A stretch of DNA of 63,844 nt, filler included, from Octopus bimaculoides (lineage: Eukaryota), in NCBI RefSeq assembly GCF_001194135.2. It is 4 parts of 4 records of this genome, joined end to end, with 100 filler letters (N's around TTAATTAATTAA, not from the genome) between each part and the next. Parts side by side here need not be neighbours in the genome. Positions count along the whole stretch, not along the records: positions 1 to 19,414 come from NC_068992.1; positions 19,515 to 34,893 come from NC_068988.1; 2 more parts are not named here. One strand, 5' to 3'. Made by a program: the position numbers and the translations under genes. Below, piece after piece: positions 14,640 through 26,917 of this stretch. How positions within the stretch are numbered: position 1 is the first letter of the stretch; the number at the start of each line of letters is the position of its first letter. The notes beneath the pieces are model-generated. The model was not told the origin of the DNA. It did not search any database and saw nothing but the letters and a program-made list of their open reading frames with translations.

Positions 14640-14937
14640 TACATTATTTACATTTGACGGATATTTGTCCTCATCTTGTTTATTGTTAACACAACGTTTT
14701 GGCTGATATACCCTCCAGCCTTCATCAGGTGTCTTGGGGAAATCTCAAACCTGAGTTCTCATTCCTAAGGTATTTTTCGATGTTATTATTATTAATATCA
14801 TTATTATTATTCAGGTCACTGCCTGGAATCGAACTCGGAATCTTGGGGTTAGTAGCCCACGCTCTTAACCACTACGCCATATGCACATGGGCAACAAACA
14901 AGATGAGGACAAATATCCGTCAAATGTAAATAATGTA
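14640..14937 (-). mobile_element. Composite element: tRNA-like Pol III head + minimal hammerhead motif, enclosed by 46-bp inverted repeats
   Basis: Inverted repeats 14640-14685 and 14892-14937 (45/46 complementary); A box TGGCGTAGTGG (14879-14869); B box GAGTTCGATTCC (14836-14825); hammerhead-like motif 14733-14688. Confidence 0.7.
14688..14733 (-). ncRNA. Minimal type I hammerhead ribozyme motif (Penelope-type), G12 mutated to A
   Basis: GACAC-CUGAUGA-A-GGCUG-(GAGGGUAUAU)-CAGCC-AAAA-CGU-U-GUGUU: stem I GACAC/GUGUU, stem II GGCUG/CAGCC, palindromic ACGU in place of stem III. Confidence 0.65.
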
Positions 14938-16920
14938 CATAATTCCTCATCTCTTAAATATAGAACTATAGGTTTCTTTTAGTTTCTGTCTACCAGATCC
15001 ACTCACAAGCCATTGATCAGCCCGGGGTTACAATAGGTTCAGTCCTACTTAGTAGGACTGAACCCAAAAGCACAGGGTTGGGAACAAAACTTCTTAACCA
15101 TGCAGCCGTGTCTGCTTCTCTGTGCCAAGAGCCATACCATCCAGACAATATTTGTACAAGAAAATGGTTTGGTTAAATCATTTCCTTACAATAAACTATA
15201 AATTTTCTCTCCTCTCTCCACCCCTCTTTCTTCAAAGTTAATCAAAAGGAAAGATGATGGTGGAAGGGTGACAAGGGGGTAACAGAAAAATTAATTACCA
15301 AAAAAGAAAAAAACAATTACTTAATAAATTGTAAAAAAAAAAACAACAATAAAACAATATATATACTTTCAAAAAAATTAATGATTCATTAATTTTGTTG
15401 ATTTCAATATCTCTATTGCTTAATTATACTCTCAAGTTGACAGACATACAATTTTTCTTGTAATATGGTAAGTAATATTGCACATTAAGATTCTTCATTT
15501 TCTCTGACCATATTTCACTTCCACACACCATTAAATTTCTTATATCGTCTTCCCATAAATATTTTATCCAAAACAATGCTACGATTAACATGCAGATTAT
15601 AAAGTGAAACTTTGTAACAACAGGCTGTATCTACAGGCAGTTGTGGTGCATCGTTGCACCAAACATATTCTGTCATATCATTCTACACACTGATCACAAG
15701 GCAAAACCTTACACCAACAGCTGTGCCTGTGGTGATGAATGCCCCTGTGCAAGAACACATCATTCTACATATTGATTACCAGCCAAGACCTTACATCAAC
15801 AGCCATAAATATGAGCAACAAACACGTTATTCTGTTGCATAACTCTATAACAATAATTACCAGACAAAACATTGCATCAGCCACCTGTAGTCCAAATCGG
15901 GATGGCAAGTGGCCAACTGGTCAAGGTGTAGGCTGAAGATCACTAGGTCATGGGTTTGAGTCTTGACCAGGCAGCATGCTGTGTCCTTTGGCAAGATACT
16001 TCATTCCACATTGCTTCAGTTCACTCAGCTGGAAAAAAACGAGTAGAAGCAACAGGTGAGGGACAGAGGGTTAAGCCAGGATGCCAGTTCACTGGCATCC
16101 GGTTCAGGAATGAGTCTTATATCCTCAGTTGCCTAAAACGCCTTGAAAATCTAGACCAGCTCTACAACTATGGGTCTAAATTAGAACTTAATCTCATTGC
16201 CAGTGTAAGAGCAGGTAGGAATGGTTGAGCATCTTCAGACATTTTGGTAAATGCTGGAACAGTTTACCTAACTGCCGTCTTTAGGTCTATAGGCAGAATT
16301 GGATTCAATGCTTTAAGTGGACAAAATGCTTTGTCATCTGTACAGTATCTTGTGATTCTTTGCACTTCACAACTCACTCTAGTTTCTACAATTCATGGCT
16401 GGGTAGACCAACGCTGAAGCCACTAGCAGTTTATTGTCCTTGGAAAACAGGCAAGACGTGGTGCCAGTGATGACAAATGAAGTGCTATTTCTTTGACTTG
16501 ACCAGCAATAATACACATCAATAACTACGACATACAAATCTGAAGTTAGTGCTTTTACTTAACCTAAATTTAACAACAGAAAAATAGAGCTCAATGTTTA
16601 ACAAAGGCACTAAGTCCAATATGCATACGTGAATGTGTGCGTGTGTGTGTTTGTGTGTTGAAAGAGATGAGGAAGTGTATACATGTGTGTAAGGTGGTTG
16701 TGATGTGGTTGGTGGTGAGATGTAATGAATCTGTCTTATCTGTCAATATAAATGGAAAAATTACAATAAGAACAACATAATCTTTTCCTTCAAAACAGGA
16801 TTACAAGTTGAAACAGTAACCTACTCTCTAGCAAAGATTTAGCTCACTGCCAGCACCTTTCAAACATGAACCATCAAGAATTTCACTGATTCACATTTGA
16901 ACAGCTACACATGGTATTGA

Positions 16921-16938
16921 GGCTGCTGCTGCTGTTGC

Positions 16939-16970
<32 letters not shown>

Positions 16971-17110
16971 TCTACAGCAGCGAAATCAACAACAATCAAT
17001 AAACAGCAACAAACAGCAAAATGCACATCAACAGCAACAACAACAACAACAGCAGTTTAAGTGGCAAAAAAAATAATGACAGGTGCAGCAGCAACTGCTA
17101 AAACAACTGC

Positions 17111-17149
<39 letters not shown>

Positions 17150-17240
17150 TCACGAAAATAAAGCAGCAACAATGCAAGAAAATAAAGAAAACAATATTAA
17201 CATCAACTTCTAAAAAAATACCAAAAACAACAACAGCATC
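16921..17240. repeat. (GTT)n followed by (CAA/CAG)n low-complexity region
   Basis: Directly visible; opposite-sense tracts. Confidence 0.9.
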
Positions 17241-17490
17241 GACAAGTGTACAATACAAATGCCAACCAGAGTGACTCTGTAGTTACTTGATCTACAAGAA
17301 ACAGAAGCCAAGCCTCCCTCAAATCATATTCCAAAGTTGCAAAACAAGAATGGAGAAATTCATTGGCCAATGCAGTCTTAGACATATGAAAAGACAGGAT
17401 GGATGGCCATAGCCGGAAAGCTTTTAATCATAGGCGCCAGATTTATCAAAGATGACCTAGGGTTAAAACAATAACAACAAGCATAATGAA

Positions 17491-17663
17491 CAGGCGCAGG
17501 AGTGGCTGTGTCGTAATTAGCTTGCTTACCAACCACATGGTTCTGGGTTCAGTCCCACTGAGTGGCACCTTGGGCAAGTGTCTTCTACTATAGCCTCGGG
17601 CCGACCAAAGCCTTGTGAGTGGATTTGGTAAACGGAAACTGAAAGAAGCCCGTCGTATATATG

Positions 17664-17694
<31 letters not shown>

Positions 17695-17905
17695 TTGTGT
17701 GTCTGTGTTTGTCCCCCAACATCACTTGACAACTGATGCTGGTATGTTTACGTCCCCGTAATCTAGCGGTTCGGCAAAAAGAGACCGATAGTATAAGTAC
17801 TAGGCTTACAAAGAATAAGTCTTGGGGTCGATTTGCTCGACTAAAGGCAGTGCTCCAGCATGGCCGCAGTCAAATGACTGAAACAAGTAAAAGAGTAAAA
17901 GAGTA
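17491..17905 (+). mobile_element. tRNA-derived SINE family A, full length
   Basis: Head aggagtggctgtgt.gtaa...gggttcagtccc (A/B-box-like), CORE-like ccttgggcaagtg, internal (TA)/(TG) microsatellite, tail tgactgaaacaagtaaaagag. Confidence 0.85.
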
Positions 17906-19304
17906 ATGAATCGGTGAGAAAGCCTGTATGTGGTCAGTAAACGTTTTAGAAATAAGATAATATGTTCCATTAGATAATATGTTCCATACATCCAAAAATA
18001 TTGGAGGTCGGATCGGTTTTGGTCAGAGTTTTACTTGATCAGGGTCATGCAAAGTCTAATCAACAACAGCAACACTGCCACCACCACCACCACCAAATAA
18101 TAACAGCAGAAACAACAACAACAACAACAAGAATAACAGCTTTGCAATATTTAAAGATAATTGGGAAAGAGAAGTTTCTGTGCAGAAATGTTGAGAAGAT
18201 TTGACATGTGATAGAAGCTGAAGATTTAATCCAGATTTAAGAATCTCAGTAAAAACAAAGCACAACCATGGTGGTGATGCTGGTGGTGGTGGTGGTGGTG
18301 ATTGTGGTGGTGGTGGTGGTGGTGGAGGAGGTGGTGGTGGCGGAGGTAGTGTTGCTGCTACTGGGATAGTGAAAGTGGTGGTAGCAGTGTTAGTAACAAT
18401 GATGGTGATGGTGGAGATAGTGGGAGCTGTGTTGTTAAGCAATGGTGGAGGTGGAGGCGCTAATGAATATTGATGCTGGAGGTGGAGGTGGAGGTGGTGG
18501 TGGTGGTGGTGGAGGTGGAGGTGGTGGTGCTGCTACTGCTGCTGGAGATGATGTTGATGGTGGGATAGTAAATGTAGAGCTGGTGGTTTCAGGTAGAGGT
18601 AAAAGTTGTTGTTGTTGGTGGTGGTGGTAGTGGTAGTGGTGATATAGTAGTATTTATCAGTTGTAATATTCTATGATGGTGGTGGTGTTGGTGGTGTCCG
18701 GGGGGGAGGAGACAGTGGTGGTAGCAGTAATGGTTTGATAGCGATGAGGGTGGTGGCGGTGGTGGTGGTGGAGGCAGCAGTGATGGTGGTGAAAGAGGTC
18801 AATGGGTGAAAGTGCTTGTCGTTTACCACCCCACCCCACCCCACCACTGCAGTCAATCCTAATCAAACACACCAAATGAACAAAGACATCCCAGCCATGA
18901 CCTTCCCACCTGTTCCTCCATAAGTGTAGGACAACATTATCCAATGAGTTCTATATTAAGACTTGAAGGTGTGACTTGAGGGAGATTTGGTTGCTAATTC
19001 TAACAGACTGACAGACCATGTAGGGGCTACCTCGTTGTCTTAGTGTTGGTTGTTGTAGAGTGGTATGGATGGCATGGTTAGGTTACTTGGTGGTAGAAGG
19101 CCTGGCACTGGTGTTTTGGCAGTAGTAGTAGTAGAAATAGTATATGTGGTTGATGAGGTTGGGGGAAGCCATTTAGAGATGCCAGTTGATAGGCATGGAT
19201 GGAGGGAGTGATTTTTGGTGGTGAGGGTCTGAAGGTTGCAGGTATAAGGGGTAATGAGGATGGGGAAGGAGGTGGCTGTGATGGTGATGATGGATGAAAC
19301 AGTA

Positions 19305-19414
19305 AGAGTGGTGGTGGTGCCATAGGGTGGGGGTGGTGTCATAGGGTGGTGGTGGTGCCATAGGGTGGTGGTGGTGGTGCCATAGGGTGGTGGTGGTGGT
19401 GCCATAGGGTGGTG
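19305..19414. repeat. Minisatellite with unit ~GCCATAGG(GGT)n, 5 copies
   Basis: catagggtgg recurs every 20-23 nt up to the scaffold join. Confidence 0.9.
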
Positions 19415-19514
19415 NNNNNNNNNNNNNNNNNNNNNNNNNNNNNNNNNNNNNNNNNNNNTTAATTAATTAANNNNNNNNNNNNNNNNNNNNNNNNNNNNNN
19501 NNNNNNNNNNNNNN
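19415..19514. other. Artificial 100-nt scaffold join spacer
   Basis: 44 N + TTAATTAATTAA + 44 N. Confidence 0.95.
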
Positions 19515-20088
19515 ACTTTGTTGCCAGTCGGCAGGACAGCTCACTCCACTTTCAACCTTCCGCTTGACTTAGCGAAGACGGACACACCAATTTGCAACAT
19601 CAGTAACAGCTCAGATCAGGCAGAAGTGTTCAGACGATGCAAGCTTATCATTTGGGATGAATGTACAATGGCCCACAGAGGTGCTCTTGAGGCGCTACAT
19701 AGATCTCTGAGAGACATCAAAGACTCTACGGTTCCCATGGGAGGCATAACACTTATTCTTTCAGGGGACTTCAGGCAAACACTGCCAGTTATTCCCAAGG
19801 GGAATAGAGCTGATACAGTACGTGCGTGTCTTAAGTCATCTGCATTGCTAAGACATTGTTACAATTGTGAGAACAATAAAACAGCTTTTTCAGGGCCACC
19901 TCACATTCTATTGTTACCCACTTCTCAGAGTGCTGCAATGCTCTAGGCAAGGCTTTCTGTCCACTTGCAAATTGATTGGTTGGTTTTCAACTTATAGCAA
20001 TTTTTCCCTCAATAATTATAATTGAGTAGAATCATCAACAGTACTTTAAAACAATTAAGCCCCGAGCAACGCCGGGCACTTCTGCTAG
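19515..20088 (+). mobile_element. Helitron, internally deleted: PIF1-like helicase fragment and 3' terminus
   Basis: ORF 19518-19946 has GRTAHSTFNLP, LIIWDECTM and GGITLILSGDFRQTLPVI (Helitron/PIF1 helicase motifs). GC hairpin cccgagcaacgccggg (20061-20076) is followed by CTAG|T at 20085-20089. The 5' part is cut by a scaffold join. Confidence 0.9.
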
Positions 20089-20967
20089 TAAATGATAAAA
20101 TATAATCTTAAAAAACAAGAAATTTAAATGGAAAAAATAGGGTTCAACAAAATGTTCAAACTAAATTTTTCTAAAAAAATGTTTAATAAAATGTTGAGCC
20201 TTCAAAAGTTAGAAACAACATTTAAAAAAATTTTTTAAATTTATTTGATGTCTTGTTACACATTTTGAAAAGAATAATAGTTTTAATAATAAACTCTTCT
20301 CTTCATTCTCTTTTTCTCTCCTCCATCCCATTTTCAATCCTTTCTCCTCATCTGGGTCATCATCCTTCTTCCCAGACCTATCTCTCTTTCATGTTTCTTC
20401 TCTCTCATTTTTCTTTTCCTTTTCTCTTCTTCATTCCATTATTTACCTTCTTCCATCTTTCCTCTTCAATTAACTCATCATGATTCTTCTTGGCCCTACC
20501 TTTGTTTCATATTTCTCCTCTCCTCCTCCTCTCATTTTTCTCCTTTCCTTAATCCCCACCAAATGCTTCTGCTTGTGTTTCTAAAAGAAATTATATAGTT
20601 AATCTTCATTTGTTAATAAAAGGGGATTGAAGTGGTGGTATCAATGCCCTTTAAGAATAAGTTGTGTTTGCGAATGAGATGAGCATTTCAAAAAGTGCAA
20701 CAAAATGCCAATTAAATTTCTTTTTATTTTTCGATTCTAGTTTCTAATTTTTGAAGGTTCAACATTCTATTAAATTTTTTTCTGTAAAACAACAATTTTT
20801 TTTAGAAAAATTTAAAGTTTGAATATTTTGTCAATCCCTTTTCCTGTAAAACAGGTTGTTCTCTCAATGGAAAAACTTCTGCAGTCAAAGAGAAAGTTAT
20901 TTAATCGAAGTGCTTTAATTAGAATATATTAATTAAACACTTTACACTTGTAACCGTTTCAACTTAC

Positions 20968-21198
20968 CCCCACAACCATAAAGAAGCTGAACTTTTTTAA
21001 CATCAATAGGACTGATGTATTTTCTTTGCCCAATATAGGCATATGGGTATTTGGGTGATAGTGTTGGTGAATAAGGATCTTTGGCAAAAAAAGCAAAACC
21101 GTAATGCATTATGGATTGGTAATCATAAGGTAATCCTAAGTCATCTATGTAATCCACTGAATATTTTAGAAAATTCACACTGCGGTTCACCACTGGGT
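20968..21198 (-). CDS. Astacin-family (M12A) zinc metalloprotease, internal exon with Met-turn
   Basis: ttttcag| acceptor, then (D)PVVNRSVNFLKYSVDYIDDLGLPYDYQSIMHYGFAFFAKDPYSPTLSPKYPYAYIGQRKYISPIDVKKVQLLYGCG, ending at G|GTAAGT. PYDYxSIMHY, IGQR and LYxC are astacin hallmarks; 231 nt, phase 1 to 1. Confidence 0.9.
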
Positions 21199-22999
21199 CT
21201 GAAAAGATAAAGAATAACTTTTAAATATTTGTCATATCTACTGCCACTTACCCATAACTGTCAATTTTCTAATAAAGACAGTTAAGATAGATGATAATGA
21301 TTTCAAATACAAAAGGCTTGTCTTTTTGTAAGGACATAAAATATAATATTTGTTTAATAGTCAATGTATATTAGAAAACATTTATTTTAGCAGCTTGTAA
21401 GATTTCCAGAACCACCAGGAAATATAAGTACTTCACTACTTCCCTGGTATTGCATTGTCTTCATGTATGAACAATACACATCTTGAGATCACGATGCCCT
21501 TTAGAAATACTAGGCCCAACTCTCAGTTATCAAGGACACATTACTGAACTAGTAAACAGTTTGTTAAGTCAGTAGTGCCAAGCTATGTTTTCCTATTTGC
21601 CTCTCTAAACACCACAAACATTTGGTATTTTAATCTGACAGAAGCATCAACAAATAAATTAAGATAAAATATCTGCAATATACAATATAATCTTTAGAGA
21701 TATATTTCAGCTAATGTGGACTGTGTATTAAAAAAGAAAACATAACTTGTCTGTTTCTGCTGAGGCCACTGGAAGCTGCAAAAAAAGATAAAAAGTGAAA
21801 TGTCTAAGAGAAAGACTCAAGTAAAATGAGAAATATGTTGATCTCTTGTTTGATAAGAGGTAGATGTACACTACTGGAGTGGGAACCAGGTTGTAGTTGA
21901 TAGTTGATTAGACATATAGCAATTTGTTGTTGCTAGGCCAGTCCTTATCAAAAATATTCCAATCATGACCATTCCATACTTTTTTCAGACAGACCTTGGA
22001 TTGTATTATCCAATGTGTCTTCAAGAACCCCTAGTAATGAGTGTCAGTAGGAAGATTTAGCTGATATTTCTAGCTGTTCTAGTACCTATATAGAACAAGG
22101 GTAGAGAGTTCTTCCTGCATTTGAAGAAAAATATTCTCTAAAAACTCACCTCTAAGACTAAGTTTAAGCTAATCAGACATTAATATAAGTTTCCCTCAAC
22201 ATCATTAACTTTCTGATAGATCAGAGATGAAATGAAACAATTATTATTGGTCAACTTTAAAAGGAAAGAAATTACTAACAGACTTTCTATGGAAAATTAT
22301 TTTTAAAAAATACTATTTTAAAGTTAAAAGTTTAAAAAAAAAAAATAGAAAACTGTTGATTTCCTAGTTTAATTAATTCTATATGTGTACCACAAAATAA
22401 TGATTAATCCGTTTAAGGCACTCAAGAATTAACACTGATTTTCTGAAACCTTAAATCGTAATTTTAAAAATCTGTGACACCTAGACACTCCTTGTGGAAC
22501 ACATAGATGCCTCTTGTGGCACATCTAGACACACTTAGTGGCCTATCATTTGGGAGTCAGTGTTTTAAGCCATAACAGAATTTTGAATTTGAATATATGC
22601 AAATTGATGAAGTAATTGGCCCATTACTATCACAACTTATTAACAGTCATCATTGGTGGCTCATTTGGGCAGTGGGTTGTTAGAATTGTTAGATCATCTA
22701 ATAACATGTCTTGTGCTGTTTGTTATCATCTGATAACATGTCTTGTGTTATTTGTTAACTGAGGTTAACTTTGCCTTTCATCCTTCCTTGATTGCTAAAA
22801 TAAAGTACCTGTCAAGTACTGAATGCAGTTTAATTGTCTAATCCATTTCCTCTAAATTCAGTCCTTGTACATAAGTAATTAAGTATGTAATTAACATATA
22901 TTATTAGTAACTCATTTACTTATATTAAACATTTTAAAGCACTATCAGAATAGCTGGGAAGAGTTCCTAGGGATAGTTAAATGGACAGATATTTTTTCA

Positions 23000-24060
23000 C
23001 AGATGTAAATTTAATATGTGTGTCTTTTTTGTAAAGATTTGCTTGTAGTCAATGAAAATGGACAATCTTGAACAGCATTATTTGTCTAGTCATTAGAAAC
23101 TGTGTTTAGACAAAGTAGCATCCTTTAAAGAATTTTTATGCAAACACAAATCTATTTTTGAAAGACATATCAATAAAAGCACTTCTGGTAGTAAGCTAGC
23201 TATTAAATGTATGAGTTAAGTGTAAATACTAGTGTGTGTGTGTATAGTTGCTACAGCATGGACTTGAACTCCAAAAAAGTTTAATTGTTTGAAGAAATTA
23301 CTTTATCTTGGAGGACAGTGTATAAAAGACATGGCTTACATTGTTAAAGTAACTTTGAAACAAACAGTATCAGGATTTATTGAATAACTGTAGATGAGAC
23401 AACAGATATAGGAAATATGGTAGAGTTGATTGTATTTACTGTATCTAGATATATATCTGGTTATGGGATCAGGGCAAATTTTATAATACAAGAAGATTTA
23501 ATTGCTTTAAAATTGATGTATGTGACTAGCAGTGAAGATGTTTTCTAGAAGGAAATCAGCAATAAGTGAACTTGATTTACTCTACAAAAAATATCAGCTG
23601 CATCGCAGAAAGGACATGCAACTTTAATCAAGAAATTCAAGAACCATAAGCTGAAGTCAAATATATCAATTGTGTGTTATCATGCTATTGATCAACAAAA
23701 TGTCTATACAAACTCTCCCAAAATAAACAATGCAATTGAAGTGGTAACAAAATGTTTTTATTTAATAAAAACAAGAGATTAAACAACAGAAAATTAAAAG
23801 AAATATTGAAGGACCTTCAAGTGGAATATAGGGATATAGTGTTCTCTAGTTAAATAAAGAGTGCACTCTAGTGAACTGAAAGATACAGTGAAACTACTTA
23901 TAGATATTGAAAGCCACAAAAATGATTCAGTAGTGTTGGGTGATATTGTACCACATAAATGGTTCAAGTTTGAAATGACTAGGCCTAAATAAAGCAGCTT
24001 TGGATCAAATTGTTTGTTTTCAATAGAGCAAAACACTATGATATATTTCCCAACAGCTAC
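23000..24060 (+). pseudogene. Decayed hAT (Charlie/Buster, GTF2IRD2-like) transposase
   Basis: Frame-broken translation gives VDETTDIG..ELIVF (~23390), TSSEDVF, NNAIEVVTK and EYRDIVF, which parallel the hAT DExTD...YxxxVRW series; many stops. Confidence 0.55.
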
Positions 24061-24662
24061 CACAATTCCTTATTTGCTTTGCTGGACAATATATAAATTA
24101 AAAACAAATAATCAGTAGTGAATGGTAAATATGTCTCAAAGCTCAGATTTAGGGGTTGCAAGAATTTGAAGATTCATTGATACACAAGGAAAATAAAGAC
24201 ATTAGGTGCAAGCATGGCTTGCTTCCTAATCAGATGATTCCAGGTTCAATCCCACAGCATGGCACCTTGAACAAGTGTCTTCTACTATTGTCCCAGGCCA
24301 ACCAAAGCCTTGTAAGTGGATTTGGTTGACAAAGTCTCTAAGAAGCCTCTGTGTGTGTGTGTGTGTGTATGTGTATTTGTGAGTTTCTCCCCCTCCCACT
24401 TGACAATAGTGTTGGTTTGTTTACATCCCTGGCTAAAGAGACAGATAGAATAAGTGCTATGAACATGTTCTGGTGTTGAGTCATTCAACTAAAAGCCTTC
24501 ATGGCAGTGCCCCAGCATAGTCACAGTAAATGGCTGTAACAAGTGAAAGGGAAAAGATAAGAGATATTTATGCTTAGATCTGTGTTAATAGTTCAAAGAT
24601 TTCCAGAGTCTATACTGTTACAAGGAGTACTCTTCACACCACAGAAATATGTCTTCTGTTGA

Positions 24663-25190
24663 TATGAGGTGGTATCAAAATGTTCCCAGACTAGTTCTGT
24701 AGTGCACCAATAGATGGCAGCACACAGTTGTGTGCACAGTGAAAGCTAGCAGTGAACCTCACGAGATAGTGTGCAGAGTGATATCACTGTGTTTACTTTG
24801 CAAGTTGTGAAATTTGTGTTTTTGTGATCATGTATATGCTGTAGACTGCAATTTTGTCATAGACAGGAACAAAGAGCAAACGTGAAATCTTGCATTAAAC
24901 TTGGGAAGTTTGCTACAGAGACATTGAGCATGCTTTGGCAAGCTTACAGTGATGAGGCAATGGGTCATACACTATGTTTTGAGTGACACAAGTGGAAGAA
25001 CGTCCCTGGAAGATCTGCCACAAGTGTCACCTCTGGAAATGTGGTATTGTACATCCCCCAGTGCCAGACCATCAAGCAAGAGTTCTACTATGAAGTTTTG
25101 AAGTGTTTGAGGGAGGGCTTTCAGTGAAAGCGACTGGATCTGGAGAGCACGATGACAATGCACCCTATCACCCTGCCCTTGTGATCAAGG
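24663..25190 (+). mobile_element. Internally deleted mariner (Tc1/mariner) element
   Basis: TA+tgaggtggtatcaaaatgttcc TIR-like start; degenerate EQRANVKxCxKLGK..TETLSML.QAY.DEAM HTH region (~24870-24990) and xDDNAPxH-like catalytic motif (~25150). Confidence 0.8.
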
Positions 25191-25499
25191 AAGGCCAAAA
25201 TCACGTGATCTGGTGGTCTTGGCACTGGAGGTGGCTGGGATTTATCTCCCTACTAGTGATATAAACATGAGTGCATTTTCCACCAAAAACCAATGTGAGA
25301 GTTTCTCTCATGGTATCTACCACAATATAGTTTGTTCTAACAGAACATCCACATTTAAGTGGGTATAAATATTACCTCTTGATACTAATACTGCCTCTGT
25401 CACTTATATCTTTTACCTTTTACTTATTTCAGTCGTTAGACTGTGGCCATACTAGGGCATTGTCTTGAAGAATTTTAGTCAAATGAATCGACTCCAGTA

Positions 25500-26690
25500 C
25501 TTGCTTTTTTTTTAAACAGTACGTTTTGGATTATTATGGTCCCTGTTAGTATATATGTTTCCATTCATGTACATTAACTACAGCATTAGAGCGGTTTAGT
25601 TCTTATTTCTAGCAATGTAGGTACTTCCTATTACCCTAGTCATATTTAGTGACATTTATAATTCTCCTTTTAGGTGTTACATTGCAAACTGCTGTCTATA
25701 TTAATTTTACATATACACATTAGTGAATTGCTAACTGATCCAATTATTTGGATGATGGAAACATAAATAAAACATAAATACTAATGGTGAAGCGAGTCTG
25801 GAAAGAGCTGAAAAGTCGAGCCTTAACTGATGAGGCAATGGATGCTACCCCAATTCCCTATGACAAAGGTTAATTAAGAATTCTTCATCAGCACTTTTCA
25901 GACAGTTATGGTCCCTGTTAGTGTATACGTTTTCATTCATGTGCATTAACTACAGCATTAGAGTGGTTTAGCTCTTATTTCTAGTAATGTGTTTCCCAGT
26001 ACCCTAGTCACATTTATATATATATATATATATATATATTAATTTATGTATATATTAATATTATCTCAGTTGAAAAAACTTTGACAATGTAAATATGTTA
26101 ATAGTTACCATGGGTAGCAAAAATCACACAAAAACTTGGATATCACACCCGTTTTATACCAAGTTAAAGTGATGTATTTTGAGTAGATATGAAGAATAAT
26201 AATAAATAGAGCAAAACGCATATAAACAATAAGTTCCTTTATTTCCTACATATGTTTCAAAATATATGTGCACTCTACTCCAAAGAAATAAGAGGTGCTG
26301 GAATTGCACATATATTCATCGTCAGGGAACCAATGTAAGGTAATGACTTACTCAGACGTCTCGTTTTATGTAGGTAGCTCATCGACGCAGGTCTCCAAGA
26401 GAATATCAAACCATTATTCTTATTTTAGGGATATGAATAAAGCTAATAGCACCGGCCTAAGTAAATTTATCTGGAAACTGAAAGATTGCAATAAACAATT
26501 CCCTTTGGAATGGTCAATACTGGCTACCTCAATTCCCTACGACAAAGGTAAGGATTTTTGTCCTCTTTGTAACTTGGAGCTTTTCCATATTCTGTTCTCC
26601 AAGAATCATCTAGTAAACCAGATAACACAAAGAGCATATAGATGTAAGCACTGCCGGAAACATACCTTCATTTATTATCGTTAATTTCAT
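25500..26690 (+). mobile_element. Penelope-like element fragments (GIY-YIG endonuclease C-terminus, rearranged LTR-like repeats)
   Basis: ORF 26295-26684: FYVGSSST..KR.SNH..F...NSTGLSKFIWKLK...WSIL....PY..G...CPLCNLE, typical of PLE GIY-YIG domains. An imperfect ~110-bp direct repeat lies at ~25533 and ~25906. Confidence 0.7.
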
Positions 26691-26917
26691 CCTTCTTATT
26701 AGTTTTAGTTTTTAGGTATTATAATTATTACTTTTATTTTTTCACCAAATGTCCTCTGGTATAATATCTTTTAATATTATCTTAAATAATATTTATTTCT
26801 GTCTTTTCTTTTTCCCCCTTCTATAGTTGGTTAAGTAAACCCTTCCCAGTAATGCTACATTAGTTGTGTTTGGACCATTAATAACTTTAGTTAAATATAC
26901 CCGATTTTCTCCTTGTA

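Noticed and set aside
17028-19405. Poly-Q, poly-C, poly-P and poly-G ORFs that resemble transcription-factor or extensin low-complexity regions
   Set aside because: Pure trinucleotide repeats open in several frames on both strands, with no flanking conserved domain.
21745-21777. Strong minus-strand acceptor (ctttttatctttttttgcag) upstream of the astacin exon
   Set aside because: No frame gives astacin-like sequence and there is no convincing donor; cannot be supported as an exon.
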